Assembly: GCF_004010195.1 (NCBI RefSeq)
Contig: NC_057711.1
Span: 79,715,169-79,758,808, forward strand
Length of the DNA: 43,640 nucleotides
Reading direction: 5' to 3'
From: Chiloscyllium plagiosum
Taxonomy: Eukaryota
The translations under genes were made by a program, and so were the position numbers. Positions 24,263-35,740 of the stretch are shown piece after piece (the stretch's first letter is position 1; each line of letters begins with the position of its first letter). Below the pieces are notes generated by a model, which worked only from the letters and a program-made list of their open reading frames with translations, was not told where the DNA came from and ran no database searches.

Positions 24263-26082
24263 TTAAATATTCCAAACAAACAAGGTTGGTAATTCTCCCA
24301 ATTAAAAAAACACAGTACAACACTTACCAAGTCTGGAAAAAATAATCAAGAAAGAAAAATAGTTCCACCCAGAAAACATCTGTGTACACCAAAACAAGTT
24401 AGCAGAGGAATTTAACAGATGATTTCAGGAATTTGATATGATGAAAGAAGATCAGTATGTTTGTCTCAAATCCATTCCTTTAAATTGACAGTTTTGAGTT
24501 GGCTCCCAAATTTCTTCATGTGTTTGATTTACAAAGCAGTGAAGTTAATAAAGAGATAATTATCATGCAAAACGACATTGAACTGGAAGTCCTATCAAGG
24601 AATAATGGTACATAAACAGATAAATATCCACTTCTACAATCCTGTACTTTTAAACTGAAAGCTTACTTGGACTGTACAGACTTCTGTGAGACAACATTCT
24701 CCCAAATGAAAATAATCATGTTCAATTATCTTGCACATCTCAGAGAAACCCATTTAATTGACTAGAAATCTCAAACCCCAACCCAGATTTCAAGGCATTG
24801 GCAGATAATGTGCAACCACGTATCACATTGAGACTTGGTGAGTAAAGGTCAAAATAAATAATTTTAAATGGTTTTAGATCCATATGGCACTAAAAATAAA
24901 CTGTTCTGTCTATATTTTCTTAGGGTTAGATCCTGAGTTGCACTTAAATCCAATAAGTAATCTTATGCTTAAAAAAGTCAGAGACCACTGGTCTGAGAGT
25001 ATGGTAATCATGGAGCATGCAGGAATATATTGTTGAAGACAAAGTTTGGAAGATGGCCACAATAAACAATCTGCTGAACTGTGCTACCTAATTACTTGGG
25101 GAAGGAGAGACTTGGAAGTGGTATAGATATAAGGCAAGTTTGGCTATTACTAAGATACAAATGCTGAGAAAAGATAATTCCTGCTCAATAGCAAGATGCT
25201 GAAGTTGACATTTAAGGTTAGAGGAGAAACATAATGTTGAGATTCTAAGTTTTTTACATTTGAGTTGTGTTGTCCTAACTTGTTTACCATTGCTTACTCC
25301 ACATTAGGAGGGGAGAATTCCATCCAATGTATCTTTTCAATATAAGATGCACAAATTTGTTTGAGCTTTTTTCCTTCCTGCTGATACATTTTCTGTGTTC
25401 ATTAATGTCAATTAAATAGGTATAATTGTGACTTGAAAGAATTAAAGTCTAAATTCCACCTGTTTCTAACAGCTCCTTATTTTCACTGAAGTTAAACCAG
25501 CTACTCTGCTGACACAAGGTAACATCACTGCAGCTTGTTCTGAAATTAAACATAATTCCAGTCAATAGCCCAGAAATGGAAATGATTCCAGTTTTTTTCT
25601 GCCTATGCTGTCACTGTTTGACTACTTTTCTACTGATTAATTTAAAATATTGATTTCATCTGAAAGTATTGGACATTGGTTAAAACAATTTTTCTTAATT
25701 TTTTTTAATTGAAAAGGTTCCACGACAGATAAATGGGAAATATGATTAATTCATAAGAATGCTCAATGAGCTTAGTCAATAAGCAACTGAATCAGATGAA
25801 TAATGATTATTCTAAGTTAACTGATTTCAAACATGTTTGGGCCAGGAATACCATAACTGAACCTCTAATTGATTGGTAGTTGCGAATGGTTCAACCTTAT
25901 CTTGGCTCTCATAAAACTCATCATTGAGGATGGAAATATTTTGAGCTTCCTACTGAATGTTGCAAGACTGCAAAACTTTAATGTCATCCACTGGTTATGA
26001 GATTGCATAGCATTATCTAAACCATTCTACTACCTTTACTATCATTCCACCCTCCTCTGGAAGTTTAAAGCCAAAAGAATAT

Positions 26083-26406
26083 GGTGGCATGGTGGCTCAG
26101 TGCTTAGCAGTGCTGCCTCACAGCACCAGGGACCCGGGTTCGATTCCTGCCTCGGGCAACTGTCTGTGTGGAGTTTGCATATTCTCCCTGTGTCTGCGTG
26201 GGTTTCCTCTGGGTGCTCCGGTTTCCTCCCATAGTCCAAAGATGTGCAGGTTAGGTGAATTGGCCATGCTAAATTGCCCATAGTGTTAGGTGCATTAGTC
26301 AGGGGTAAAAATAGGGGAAGGGGTTTGGGTGGGTTGCTCTTTGAAGGGTCGGTGTGGACTTGTTGGGCTGAAGACCTGTTTCCATACTGTAGGGGATCTA
26401 ATCTAA
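26083..26406 (+). mobile_element. Full-length HE1-type V-SINE
   Basis: Pol III A box TGGCTCAGTGCTTAG, B box GGTTCGATTCC, V-domain (GTGTGGAGTTTGCATATTCTCCCTGTGTCTGCGTGGGTTTCC), CR1-like tail ending gatctaatctaa. Confidence 0.95.
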
Positions 26407-27502
26407 ACTCACTCCATAATTCGATCCTGCCCACTGAACCCTGTTCATGCCTCATGTATGAAGTGTGCCCTTGGATATGATTGACTTAACAAAAAGAAGT
26501 TTAATCAAGCTCATCCTACTACCACTACAATTCCATAATCACTAAAACATTAGGAGACTTAGAGTACTAATTTGCATTTTTGCCTTTTGTTTATAAAACC
26601 CATTCAATAAAATAGTCTTTTTGGAACCCATTGTAAACTTAGGTTACTTCAATTTATTGTGCTGCAAAAAAGAATTGAGATAAAGTAATTCAATCTTTTG
26701 GTTTTAATCGGTCTAAGTTAGGGATTTGCAATCACAATTTGTCAAGGTTTTTAGTCCTAAGCAATGGTTTACTCAAAGGCCAACCTCACAGGTTTCTCAA
26801 AAAATAACTCCATATTCTAATCTTCTTCTTATTTTAATCTCACTTATTCTGCTCTTAACTTCACAAATATTTCAGTACTAGGGCGCTGTAATTTAAGGCC
26901 AAAAGGTCTATGAAGAGTAGAGGGAGACCATAGTCAAGCAGAATCTGCTGTCAAAAGTGTCCATCATGATTTTTCATTCTATTAAACCACATTTTACTTA
27001 TGTATTCAGCCAAGCATGGATTTGGGACAAACAATTCAATGAATGTCCTGCTTCTTTGTAACTGTTTGAAATATCACTATTTAACTCATTAAAACAATAG
27101 CCTCCACTCTGTTTAGTAAGAGGAGAAAGATAATGGAGAAACTGTTATTTTCCAACAGAAGTTGTGTAGTTTACTGATAGAATAGAGCTGAAATAATGCA
27201 CTGGTGGCTGAAGATGAAAGGAGGAGTTTATGAGGGCCTGTTAAGTTTAACATCTTTAACTTTTGTAAGCTGATGCTTTTAGAGTAACTATGGGAGAAAC
27301 ATGGAGTATTCTTTCAGCAATCCAAAGGCATTTGGGAAGCTTTGAGAGGTAGTCAAGGATGAAGCCTTGAGCTTACATGAAGCATTAGCTGTCGTGTTGG
27401 CTCTATGAGTGAAAAAGTGAGGACTGCAGATGCTGGAGATCAGAGCTGAAAAATGTATTGCTGGAAAAGCGCAGCAGGTCAGGCAGCATCCAAGGAACAG
27501 GA

Positions 27503-27540
27503 GAATCGACGTTTCGGGCATAAGCCCTTCTTCAGGAATG
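27503..27540 (-). ncRNA. Minimal hammerhead ribozyme-like motif, core intact, weak stem I
   Basis: Minus strand CATTC-CTGAAGA-A-GGGC-TTAT-GCCC-GAAA-CG-TC-GATT. Confidence 0.55.
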
Positions 27541-27699
27541 AGGAAGGTGTGCCAAGCAGGCTAAGATAAAAGGTAGGGAGGAGGGACTTGGGGGAGGGGC
27601 GGTGGGAATGCGATAGGTGGAAGGAGGTTAAGGTGAGGGTGATAGGCCGGAGAGGGGGTGTGGGCGGAGAGGTCGGGAAGAAGATTGCAGGTCAAGAAG

Positions 27700-28183
27700 N
27701 NNNNNNNNNNNNNNNNNNNNNNNNNNNNNNNNNNNNNNNNNNNNNNNNNNNNNNNNNNNNNNNNNNNNNNNNNNNNNNNNNNNNNNNNNNNNNNNNNNNN
27801 NNNNNNNNNNNNNNNNNNNNNNNNNNNNNNNNNNNNNNNNNNNNNNNNNNNNNNNNNNNNNNNNNNNNNNNNNNNNNNNNNNNNNNNNNNNNNNNNNNNN
27901 NNNNNNNNNNNNNNNNNNNNNNNNNNNNNNNNNNNNNNNNNNNNNNNNNNNNNNNNNNNNNNNNNNNNNNNNNNNNNNNNNNNNNNNNNNNNNNNNNNNN
28001 NNNNNNNNNNNNNNNNNNNNNNNNNNNNNNNNNNNNNNNNNNNNNNNNNNNNNNNNNNNNNNNNNNNNNNNNNNNNNNNNNNNNNNNNNNNNNNNNNNNN
28101 NNNNNNNNNNNNNNNNNNNNNNNNNNNNNNNNNNNNNNNNNNNNNNNNNNNNNNNNNNNNNNNNNNNNNNNNNNNNNNNNNNN
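27700..28183. other. Assembly gap (484 N)
   Basis: Run of N. Confidence 1.
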
Positions 28184-30465
28184 GGAAGTGGAGGAGATGT
28201 GGTGGAGAGCATTGTCAACCACGTCTGAGGGGAAATTGCGGTCTTTGAAGAAGGAGGCATCTGGGTTGTTCGGTATTGAAATTGGTCCTCCTGGGAGCAG
28301 ATGCGGCGGAGGCGAAGGAATTGGGAATATGGGATGGCGTTTTTACAGGGGGTAGGGTGGGAGGAGGTGTAATCTAGGTAGCTGTGGGACTCAGCACCAC
28401 CTTCTTGACCTGCAATCTTCTTCCTGAGCAGTCCGCCCCCACCCCCACTCCGGCCTATCACCCTCACCTTAACCTCCTTCCACCTATCGCATTCCCAACG
28501 CCCCTCCCCCAAGTCCCTTCTCCCTACCTTTTATCTTAGCTTGCTTGGCACACCCTCCTCATTCCTGAAGAAGGGCTTATGCCCAAAATGTTGATTCTCC
28601 TGCTCCTTCGATGCTGCCTGATCTGCTGCGCTTTTCCAGCAACACACTTTTCAGCTCTATGAGTGAAGCTTGGCATGTTGCTTGCGAATAAAGATAATTT
28701 AGCAAGGCAGCAGCTTTGGATATGGTTTAAGTTTGAATTCTTCATGGGAAGCCTGAAGCGGCAGTTGCTGTGAAATCTGTAATTGGTAAAGAACGTCTAA
28801 AACATTAATTGTGAGGGGCCTGGAGACAGCTACTTAGAAAGGTGTCAGGGAAAGAGCAGTGGATTCTAGGATGCACATAGGAAAAGTGTCAATTTTTGTA
28901 TGTGGAACTCTTTGTATGTTGTACCAGGAGAAATGATGATCCTAAATCTGTCTCAATCTTATGACATTGTAGTACTGTTATTGTCATATTTGGTTTGGTA
29001 GCCAAAAGAAGCAAAAGGCAGATGTAGAATGAAAATAATATAGTATTTGCATAAAACTTTACCTCAACCTGAGTGTCAATATGGAAAGCACTTGTATTAA
29101 ATTCAATATAACATAAGCCAATTGCATTCATCAGTGACTGTTACCCTATTTTGTACTCATTTTGATGTCAAAGCAAATTCAAAGGGAACTCTAAACTCAT
29201 TTTCTAACAGGCTATATATGAAGGTTAGAATATAATGTAATTTTCATGTAAACTTTTTGTGGTTTTTATGAAATTGCAACAAGACATCCTTGTTGATCAA
29301 ATAAAAATGATTAGGGAAATACTGGAAAATGTAGTGGAGATTTTCGGGAATGATTAATGGGAAATTAAAGTATGAGCTGTAACTAGTACTCTAATTATTC
29401 TGAAGTTCTGTGTTTCAGCATGACACTGCCTGGAATGATCATTACTGTCATTAATAGTTAACAGCATTTCAGGAATTCCAGATTACACTGTGCATTAATA
29501 ACCATTATCTTTGACACCCAAATTTCCATTTATTGTAACTTGTCTGTATTAGTAAATGTATTTCTTTGTGATGAAAATAGATGTATATGAAAATGTAGTT
29601 GGGAAAACTTCAAGGACAGCTGTAATATCCCTCAGTGAGTTACTTAGTCAACTTCAGTCCTAATGAACTGTGCTCCAATCTTCCCTTTGACAGTGTAATA
29701 TCTGCTGCTGTACTACTGAGATCACTACACTTCACTGAGTAAACTTCACAAAATCATCACACTCTTTTCAAGAATTCTTGAGCTAAGAAATTGATTTAGT
29801 GGAGTGCACCCAAGCTATTTTGGATATGTTTACTATAGAGTAGGGGAGACAAATGACCCATATCTTCATCTTCGTTTTGTTGTGAACACTGCAGAAAACT
29901 ATTATAATCAGAATTTGTTAGATATGAGAAACAGTAAGACTGAACTAGCCATTGTGAAAAATCTGTGCACTTGAATATAAACATGTTTCAATTTCAAATT
30001 GTTTAAAAAGCTGTTTTCTGGTTACAAAGGAATTTCAACTAATATTTGCTCTGCTTTGTTTAATTAAACACTGGAGTTTTTCAGAAAGTTGATAGCTGTA
30101 CAATTAAAGGCCACTTACCACATCAGCCACTGAGAAAAAGACATTGGATAGAATTATATAGTTTTTGGCTAAGTTTGAGTTGTGTCGGATTTCTGCCATA
30201 AGGCCGAGTGATTTTTCTCACTGTATCTGACTCATCTTACTCATTAAGTGAGTATCTTACGCACTTCATTTCCCCACTACTAGGGTGTCCCTCACGTCTA
30301 ATTCTGGTCTCATCTCACCACACACTGTTCCCAGAACATCTCATCATTCTGCAAATATCCCAAAGTTCACCATCATCCGTTGACCCTGCGCCATCTTTAA
30401 AGGACTGCTGTGAACCTGCACAAGTCTTGTGTTGCCCTCCACAGTTCCTGATATTTGTCCTGGCC

Positions 30466-30612
30466 ATGGCAGACAGAGCAAAATCACCACCCTACTCTGT
30501 GGGTAGAGTCCTGGAGGTTCTGCTGGATGGGTTGTGCACAGCATATCTTCGTCTTCCTTAGGACCAGCAATGTAGATCAATATCAGTCTGAGCCCGAGGT
30601 TGTCATCCGTGT
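30466..30612 (+). pseudogene. Decayed Myb/SANT-like (NAIF1/MSANTD-type, Harbinger-associated) gene, first exon, cut by a CR1 insertion
   Basis: gccATGg start; MADRAKSPPYSVGRVLEVLLDG..LP*DQQ..EVVIRV resembles PRFs..eLEvLv..v..LF..W.eVa..V. Confidence 0.5.
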
Positions 30613-30613
30613 C

Positions 30614-32283
30614 CATAAGACCATAAGACATAGAAGTGGAAATAAGGCCATTTGGCCCATTCAATCATGTCTTATGGGCATTTCAATACCACTTACCAGC
30701 ACTCTCCCCATTGCCCTTAATTCCTTGCAAGATTAAGAATTTATCAATCTCTGTCTTGAAGACATTTAATGTCCTGGCCTCCACTGAGCTCCGTTGCAAC
30801 AAATTCCACAGGCCCACCACTCTCTGGTTGAAGACATGTCTCCTCATTTCTGTTTTAAATTGACCCCCACTAATTCTAAGGCTGTGTCCACGGGTCCTAG
30901 TATCCCCACCTGATAGAGACAAATTCCCAGCGTTCACCCTTTCTAAACCATACATTATCTTGTAAGTTTCTATTAGATCTCCCCTCAATCTTCTAAGCTC
31001 TAATGAATACAATCCCATGATCCTCAGCCTCAGCTGTAAGGCCTACCATTTCAGGGATGATCCATGTGAATCTCCACTGGACATGCTTCAGTGCCAGTAT
31101 GTCCTTCCTGAGGTATGGGGCCCAAAACTGGACACAGTATTCTAAATGGGGCCTACCAGAGCTTCAAAAAGTTTCAGTAGCACATCACTGCTTTACATTC
31201 CAACCTTCTTGAGATAAATGACAACATTACATTTGCTTTCTTAATCACGGACTCAACCTGCAAGTCAACCTTTAGAGAATTCTGGACTGGCACTTTGGCT
31301 TTATGAATTTTCTTACCGTTTAGAAAGTAGCCCGTCCCTGCATTCTTTTTTCTGAAGTGCAAGACCTCGTGTTTGCTCACGTTGAATTTCATTAGCCATT
31401 TCCTGGCCCACTCTCCTAAACTGTTTAAATCTTTCTGCAGTCTCCCCACCTCCTCAGAACTACCTGCCTGTCTGCCTAACTTCGTATCATTGGTGAACTT
31501 CATCAGAATGCCCTCAGTCCCTTCATCCAGATCATTAATATATAAAGCGAACAGCTGTGGCCCCAACACTGAACCCTGCGGGACACCACTTGTCACTAGC
31601 TCCCATTCTGAAAAAGAATTTTTTATCCCAACTCTCTGCCTTCTGTCAGACAGCCAATCCCCAATCCATGCCAGTAGCTCACCTCGAACACCATGGGCCC
31701 TCACCTGCTCAGCAGCCTCCCATGAGGCACCTTATCAAAGGCTTTTTGGAAGTCTAGATAGATAACATCCACTGGATTTCCCTAGTCTGTTACCTCTTCA
31801 AAGAATTCTAACAGTTTGTCAAGCACGACCTCCCCTTATTAAATCCATGCTGACTTGTTTTAATCTGACCCCGCACTTCCAAGAATTTAGAAATCTCATC
31901 CTTAATAATGGATTCTAGAATTTTACCTACAACAAAGTCAGGCTAATCGGCCTATAGTTTTCCATCTTTTGTCTTGATCCTTTCTTGAACTAGCGATTTT
32001 CCAATCATCTGGGACTTTCCCTGACTCGAGTGATTTTTTGACAGATTACAACCAAAGCCTCTGCTATTTCTTCAGCCACCTCCCTCAGAACTCTAGGATG
32101 TAGCCCAACAGGCCCAGGAGATTTATCAACTTTTAGACCTCTCAGCTTTTCTAACACTTCATCTTTTGTGATGGCTACCATACACAACTCTGTCCCCTGA
32201 CTCTTTTTAATTGTTGGGATATTACTCATGTCTTCCACTGTGAAGACTGGCTCAAAGTATTTATTAACTTCTTCAGCTATTTT
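30614..32283 (-). mobile_element. CR1-clade LINE, about 1.7 kb with degenerate RT domain, 5' end in the gap
   Basis: KSPGPVGLHPRVLREVAEEI; VTSGVPQGSVLGPQLFALYINDLD..KFTNDTKL (FADD decayed); TRTRGHSL..FNQRVVGLWNLL; (TCTTATGG)-type tail. Confidence 0.95.
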
Positions 32284-32783
32284 NNNNNNNNNNNNNNNNN
32301 NNNNNNNNNNNNNNNNNNNNNNNNNNNNNNNNNNNNNNNNNNNNNNNNNNNNNNNNNNNNNNNNNNNNNNNNNNNNNNNNNNNNNNNNNNNNNNNNNNNN
32401 NNNNNNNNNNNNNNNNNNNNNNNNNNNNNNNNNNNNNNNNNNNNNNNNNNNNNNNNNNNNNNNNNNNNNNNNNNNNNNNNNNNNNNNNNNNNNNNNNNNN
32501 NNNNNNNNNNNNNNNNNNNNNNNNNNNNNNNNNNNNNNNNNNNNNNNNNNNNNNNNNNNNNNNNNNNNNNNNNNNNNNNNNNNNNNNNNNNNNNNNNNNN
32601 NNNNNNNNNNNNNNNNNNNNNNNNNNNNNNNNNNNNNNNNNNNNNNNNNNNNNNNNNNNNNNNNNNNNNNNNNNNNNNNNNNNNNNNNNNNNNNNNNNNN
32701 NNNNNNNNNNNNNNNNNNNNNNNNNNNNNNNNNNNNNNNNNNNNNNNNNNNNNNNNNNNNNNNNNNNNNNNNNNNNNNNNNNN
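32284..32783. other. Assembly gap (500 N)
   Basis: Run of N. Confidence 1.
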
Positions 32784-32869
32784 CCTCAGTTGCTCTCTCT
32801 GATGCTGCATGCACTTACGCTATCTCCTCATTCACTCAGTACACATTCACACCTACTCCATCTGCCTTA

Positions 32870-32952
32870 AAGCTTGCTCTCTCTCATTTCAGGAGGAAAG
32901 CAGACTCAACGTAATTGGTGGGCTGCCCAACATTCTGCTCCTCATCCCTTAG
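32870..32952 (+). pseudogene. Probable second-exon remnant of the Myb/SANT-like gene
   Basis: Acceptor ctctctctcatttcAG (32891-32892) followed by EESRLNVIGGLPNILLLIP*, resembling the TGGG.P motif that follows Myb/SANT domains. Confidence 0.4.
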
Positions 32953-33263
32953 ATGGAGACTGACTTTGACCACCTTGAATGAATGAATAATTGTGTCCAA
33001 GCTGCTGAACTTATATTTAAAGCTGTCCTTCTCTCTGCTGCTGGGACCCCTGAGTAAAGGTTATCCTCCTTGTCTTGTTTGAGGCCTGCTAATAACCATG
33101 ATAAGCCACGTCTTTTGTGCCTGCACTCAATGACAAGGCAAGACAAAAGGAATATCTCTGGAAGAAGGTTCAAAGTGCAGAAATACAAGTTAGCAATGCT
33201 ATGGGCATCCAGGTAGTTCACTGAGAATGACTGAAGAGCATAGAGATGCAGCTTAGTGTGGTA

Positions 33264-33981
33264 TGTTACAACACAGATGAACCTCCCGCTAAATTTAAAC
33301 CAGCAACACAGAGACGATTTATCCCATGTAGTAATTTGTGAAAATTCGAGAGGCTAAGCACTATCCCAAAGGTCACTTTAAAGTAAACCTTAATAACTTT
33401 ATTTCTTAAAGTATAACAAAGAATAATTAACTAACAACTATTTACAACTCCTTCCTCTAACCTATCTTTTACTTTCCCTTCTATAATACTCGTCCGTTAA
33501 AGCCCCCAATTAAGATTTACCAAAAATTCAAATTTCAAAACCAGCCAGCTGTCGAATCTTCTCTTTATATCTGTCTTCTTTTCTTCTTCTTAGGGATTTC
33601 TGTTTCACAGGTCATTGATCGATAAAGGTACCTTTAAGAGAGTTATTCTCCTGGCAGTCTGCATGTGTTGATGGATTGGCAGTTCCTCCTCAACTTTTTA
33701 ATTTTCTCTGGTCTTGTACCCCAAAGCATCGGATTGTGTCATTGGCTTTTAAGGTTGTCAATACACTATACTCAAACTTGGTTGGAGTTTGAGTATTTTT
33801 CGGGGTATAATTTAAACTGATTGGCCTCATTTGAATTTGTCTTTTTGTTCCAGGCAACCAGCTATCCTAGCTGCTGGACCAAAAGGATACATTGTATCTT
33901 GTTCAGAGCACTTGATGCTGTCAGGTAGTTTTGCTAGCTTTAACTTTCTTAAAGGTACAGTACACCCACATCTTCATAATA
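33264..33981 (-). mobile_element. Probable solo LTR (about 718 bp)
   Basis: Begins TGTTAC, ends CATAATA (decayed CATAACA); 4-bp flanks GGTA/GGTG; AATAAA on minus near 33400; no ORF. Confidence 0.55.
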
Positions 33982-35236
33982 GGTGCATGAGCTGTCCATC
34001 AGTGTCCTTGCAGTAACATTACAATGATAGTTACTGGTGGAGTCCGAGGTGCAATATTGAAGTGCAGAAGTGTCCTTTCAGTCGATCAGAGAGGTGCCAC
34101 GATAGTTCTAGGTGGTTGGCACATATCGGATAGCAGTGTTCATGAATACGGGTTCATACAATCTGTGCTTGTGGAGGATCCCCTTAGATCTTGGTGCCCA
34201 GTGTCCAACATGCAGATCCTTCAGAGCAAGCAGCAGCACCCTGATCTAGTTTCTGTGTTGAGTTTTCATGATGTCTAACCTGTTTAGGAGGTTTGGTAAG
34301 ATGGGAAGCTGAATGTTAATAAGGCGGTTTGGACCATCACAAGGCATTTAACAAGCAATAACCCTCCTTAATTGGAAATTCACTGCTACCGAGAGAGAAA
34401 CTCATAGAGCCACTCAGCAAAAACATAAAAGCTGGAAAAATATGTTCCCAACACTGAGACCAACCTCATGGACATCTAATCCAATTCTGTCACTAATCTT
34501 GATGTAACCTATGGAACTTAGACCCTATAAGATTACACACAGTTTTAACCGTTTACCACTTACGTTTTCACTAAAAACAGCTCTTACTGAAAATAATGGG
34601 AATTTCTCAAAATTCATTACAAATGTAAGTTAGTGTGGTTTACTCAAAAATGAATTTCTGCAAAGTATTAATTTAACTATAGTAGATACAATTTTTCATT
34701 AGGAATAATGTACAACTTCAACAATTCAATCTAATTTTATGATCAATCCCTTGGTCCTTCAATGTGAGGTATTAAATCATTGAAATTATTAAATTTTGAT
34801 TTTGGATCTTATTTATTGTCTTGTCTTATTGGGCATGGAGGGATCTTTGTTTTTGCTACTTTGTTTTTGCAAAATGTGCCTTGTGTAACTCAGGTAGTTC
34901 CTGTGCAGGCAACCTTGCAGTTTTCATATCATTGTCAGCTTCAGTGATAGTTGTGTGCTAAGGTGCTTTGATCAATAATGGGTTCTATAACAGTCTGTCA
35001 AGAAATGCTTCTTCCTTGAACATCAGAGGTGAAAGATTTCATGCAAACAAAACCAGTTTAAAGAAATATCCTCATGCTCTATCCATCAACTTATTCAATA
35101 CTTTTATTGATTGTCAGCCATATTTTAAAGTTATATTATCTGTGTCAAAGTTGCTGTTCAACTTTTTGATATGGGTTGGTTTAGTACAATTATTTATTCA
35201 GTTACTTGCTTAGTAATTAGGAATTTGATTGTTTCC

Positions 35237-35690
35237 AAAAAAAACCATTTTGTCGAAGCTTTTCATCTTGCTGTCATCTGGCCCATTCACAATTAAAAAA
35301 ATGGAAGACAATATTTATATTATGTGAGAGGATAATGCTGAATGTTTGGCATGTTGGCTCTGATTGGTAGAAGTATTACTATGGGGAGTGCATTAGGAAA
35401 TGATAACTTCAGTTAACTGCCAAGCTGTGTTTAAACTTTAAATTAGCTTAGGCTGACTCTGATTGGTCAAGACACGACCCTGATAAATGAGTCAAAGAAT
35501 GATTGTCACCTATTTTGTTAAGTTGAAACAAACACAGTGTGTACATGTTTTTTTTCTGTCTCCACACAACAGTGTTCATGTGTTAATATATATTGCTTCC
35601 AGCACAAATATATGCCACTCTGTGGGCCTGATTGTCAATTCTAGATTGATTAATTGTATAGTTCTTCGAGTAAAACAAAACTTGGCAAGT
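35237..35690 (-). mobile_element. Penelope-like element, third family, 3' remnant
   Basis: Degenerate hammerhead CAGATGA..GAAA-AGCT-TC-GAC on minus (35252-35283); GIY-YIG C-terminus-like NYTINQSRI..RQKKHVH. Confidence 0.55.
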
Positions 35691-35740
35691 TAATTAATTA
35701 AAGTAGTCCTTTATCAATACTACTACACCAAGAACTCTTA

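Larger units (their letters stand above)
22672..24990 (+). mobile_element. Fossil hAT DNA transposon (Charlie/SPIN/GTF2IRD2-like transposase) with both termini
   Basis: Collinear decayed motifs TEAS..VKQEKSFTDGD..CFSLEFAESINMINSAQL..VVSITIDV..MLGANVSFVAFCRN..HIMHK*AL..KLNELHCGLQGK..KYPLL..CTDFCETTFSQMKII..PDFKAL; TIRs CTGTGGTCTCCAAC and revcomp CAGTGGTCTCTGAC; 8-bp flanks GTCTAGGA/GTCTGAGA. Confidence 0.85.
27414..28653 (-). mobile_element. Young Penelope-like element (Neptune-like) with inverted terminal repeats and a target-site duplication; spans a gap
   Basis: RT thumb SHSYLDYTSSHPTPCKNAIPYSQFLRLRRICSQEDQF on minus; about 255-bp inverted repeat (27440-27699 vs 28401-28658); GCTCTATGAGTGAA at 27400-27413 and 28654-28667. 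Confidence 0.9.

Noticed and set aside
25765..25960. Possible old SINE (agttaactgatttca..)
   Set aside because: Similarity too faint to assign
26083..26155. tRNA gene (A and B boxes)
   Set aside because: It is the head of an HE1 SINE, continuing into the V-domain and LINE-derived tail
27588..28512. Long ORFs of 176-294 aa
   Set aside because: Artefacts of reading through the N gap; only the short Penelope RT piece is real
31174..31704. Functional reverse transcriptase
   Set aside because: Catalytic FADD reads FTND, and neighbouring segments are frameshifted and deleted
32005..32914. Long ORFs of 177-269 aa
   Set aside because: They span the 500-N gap
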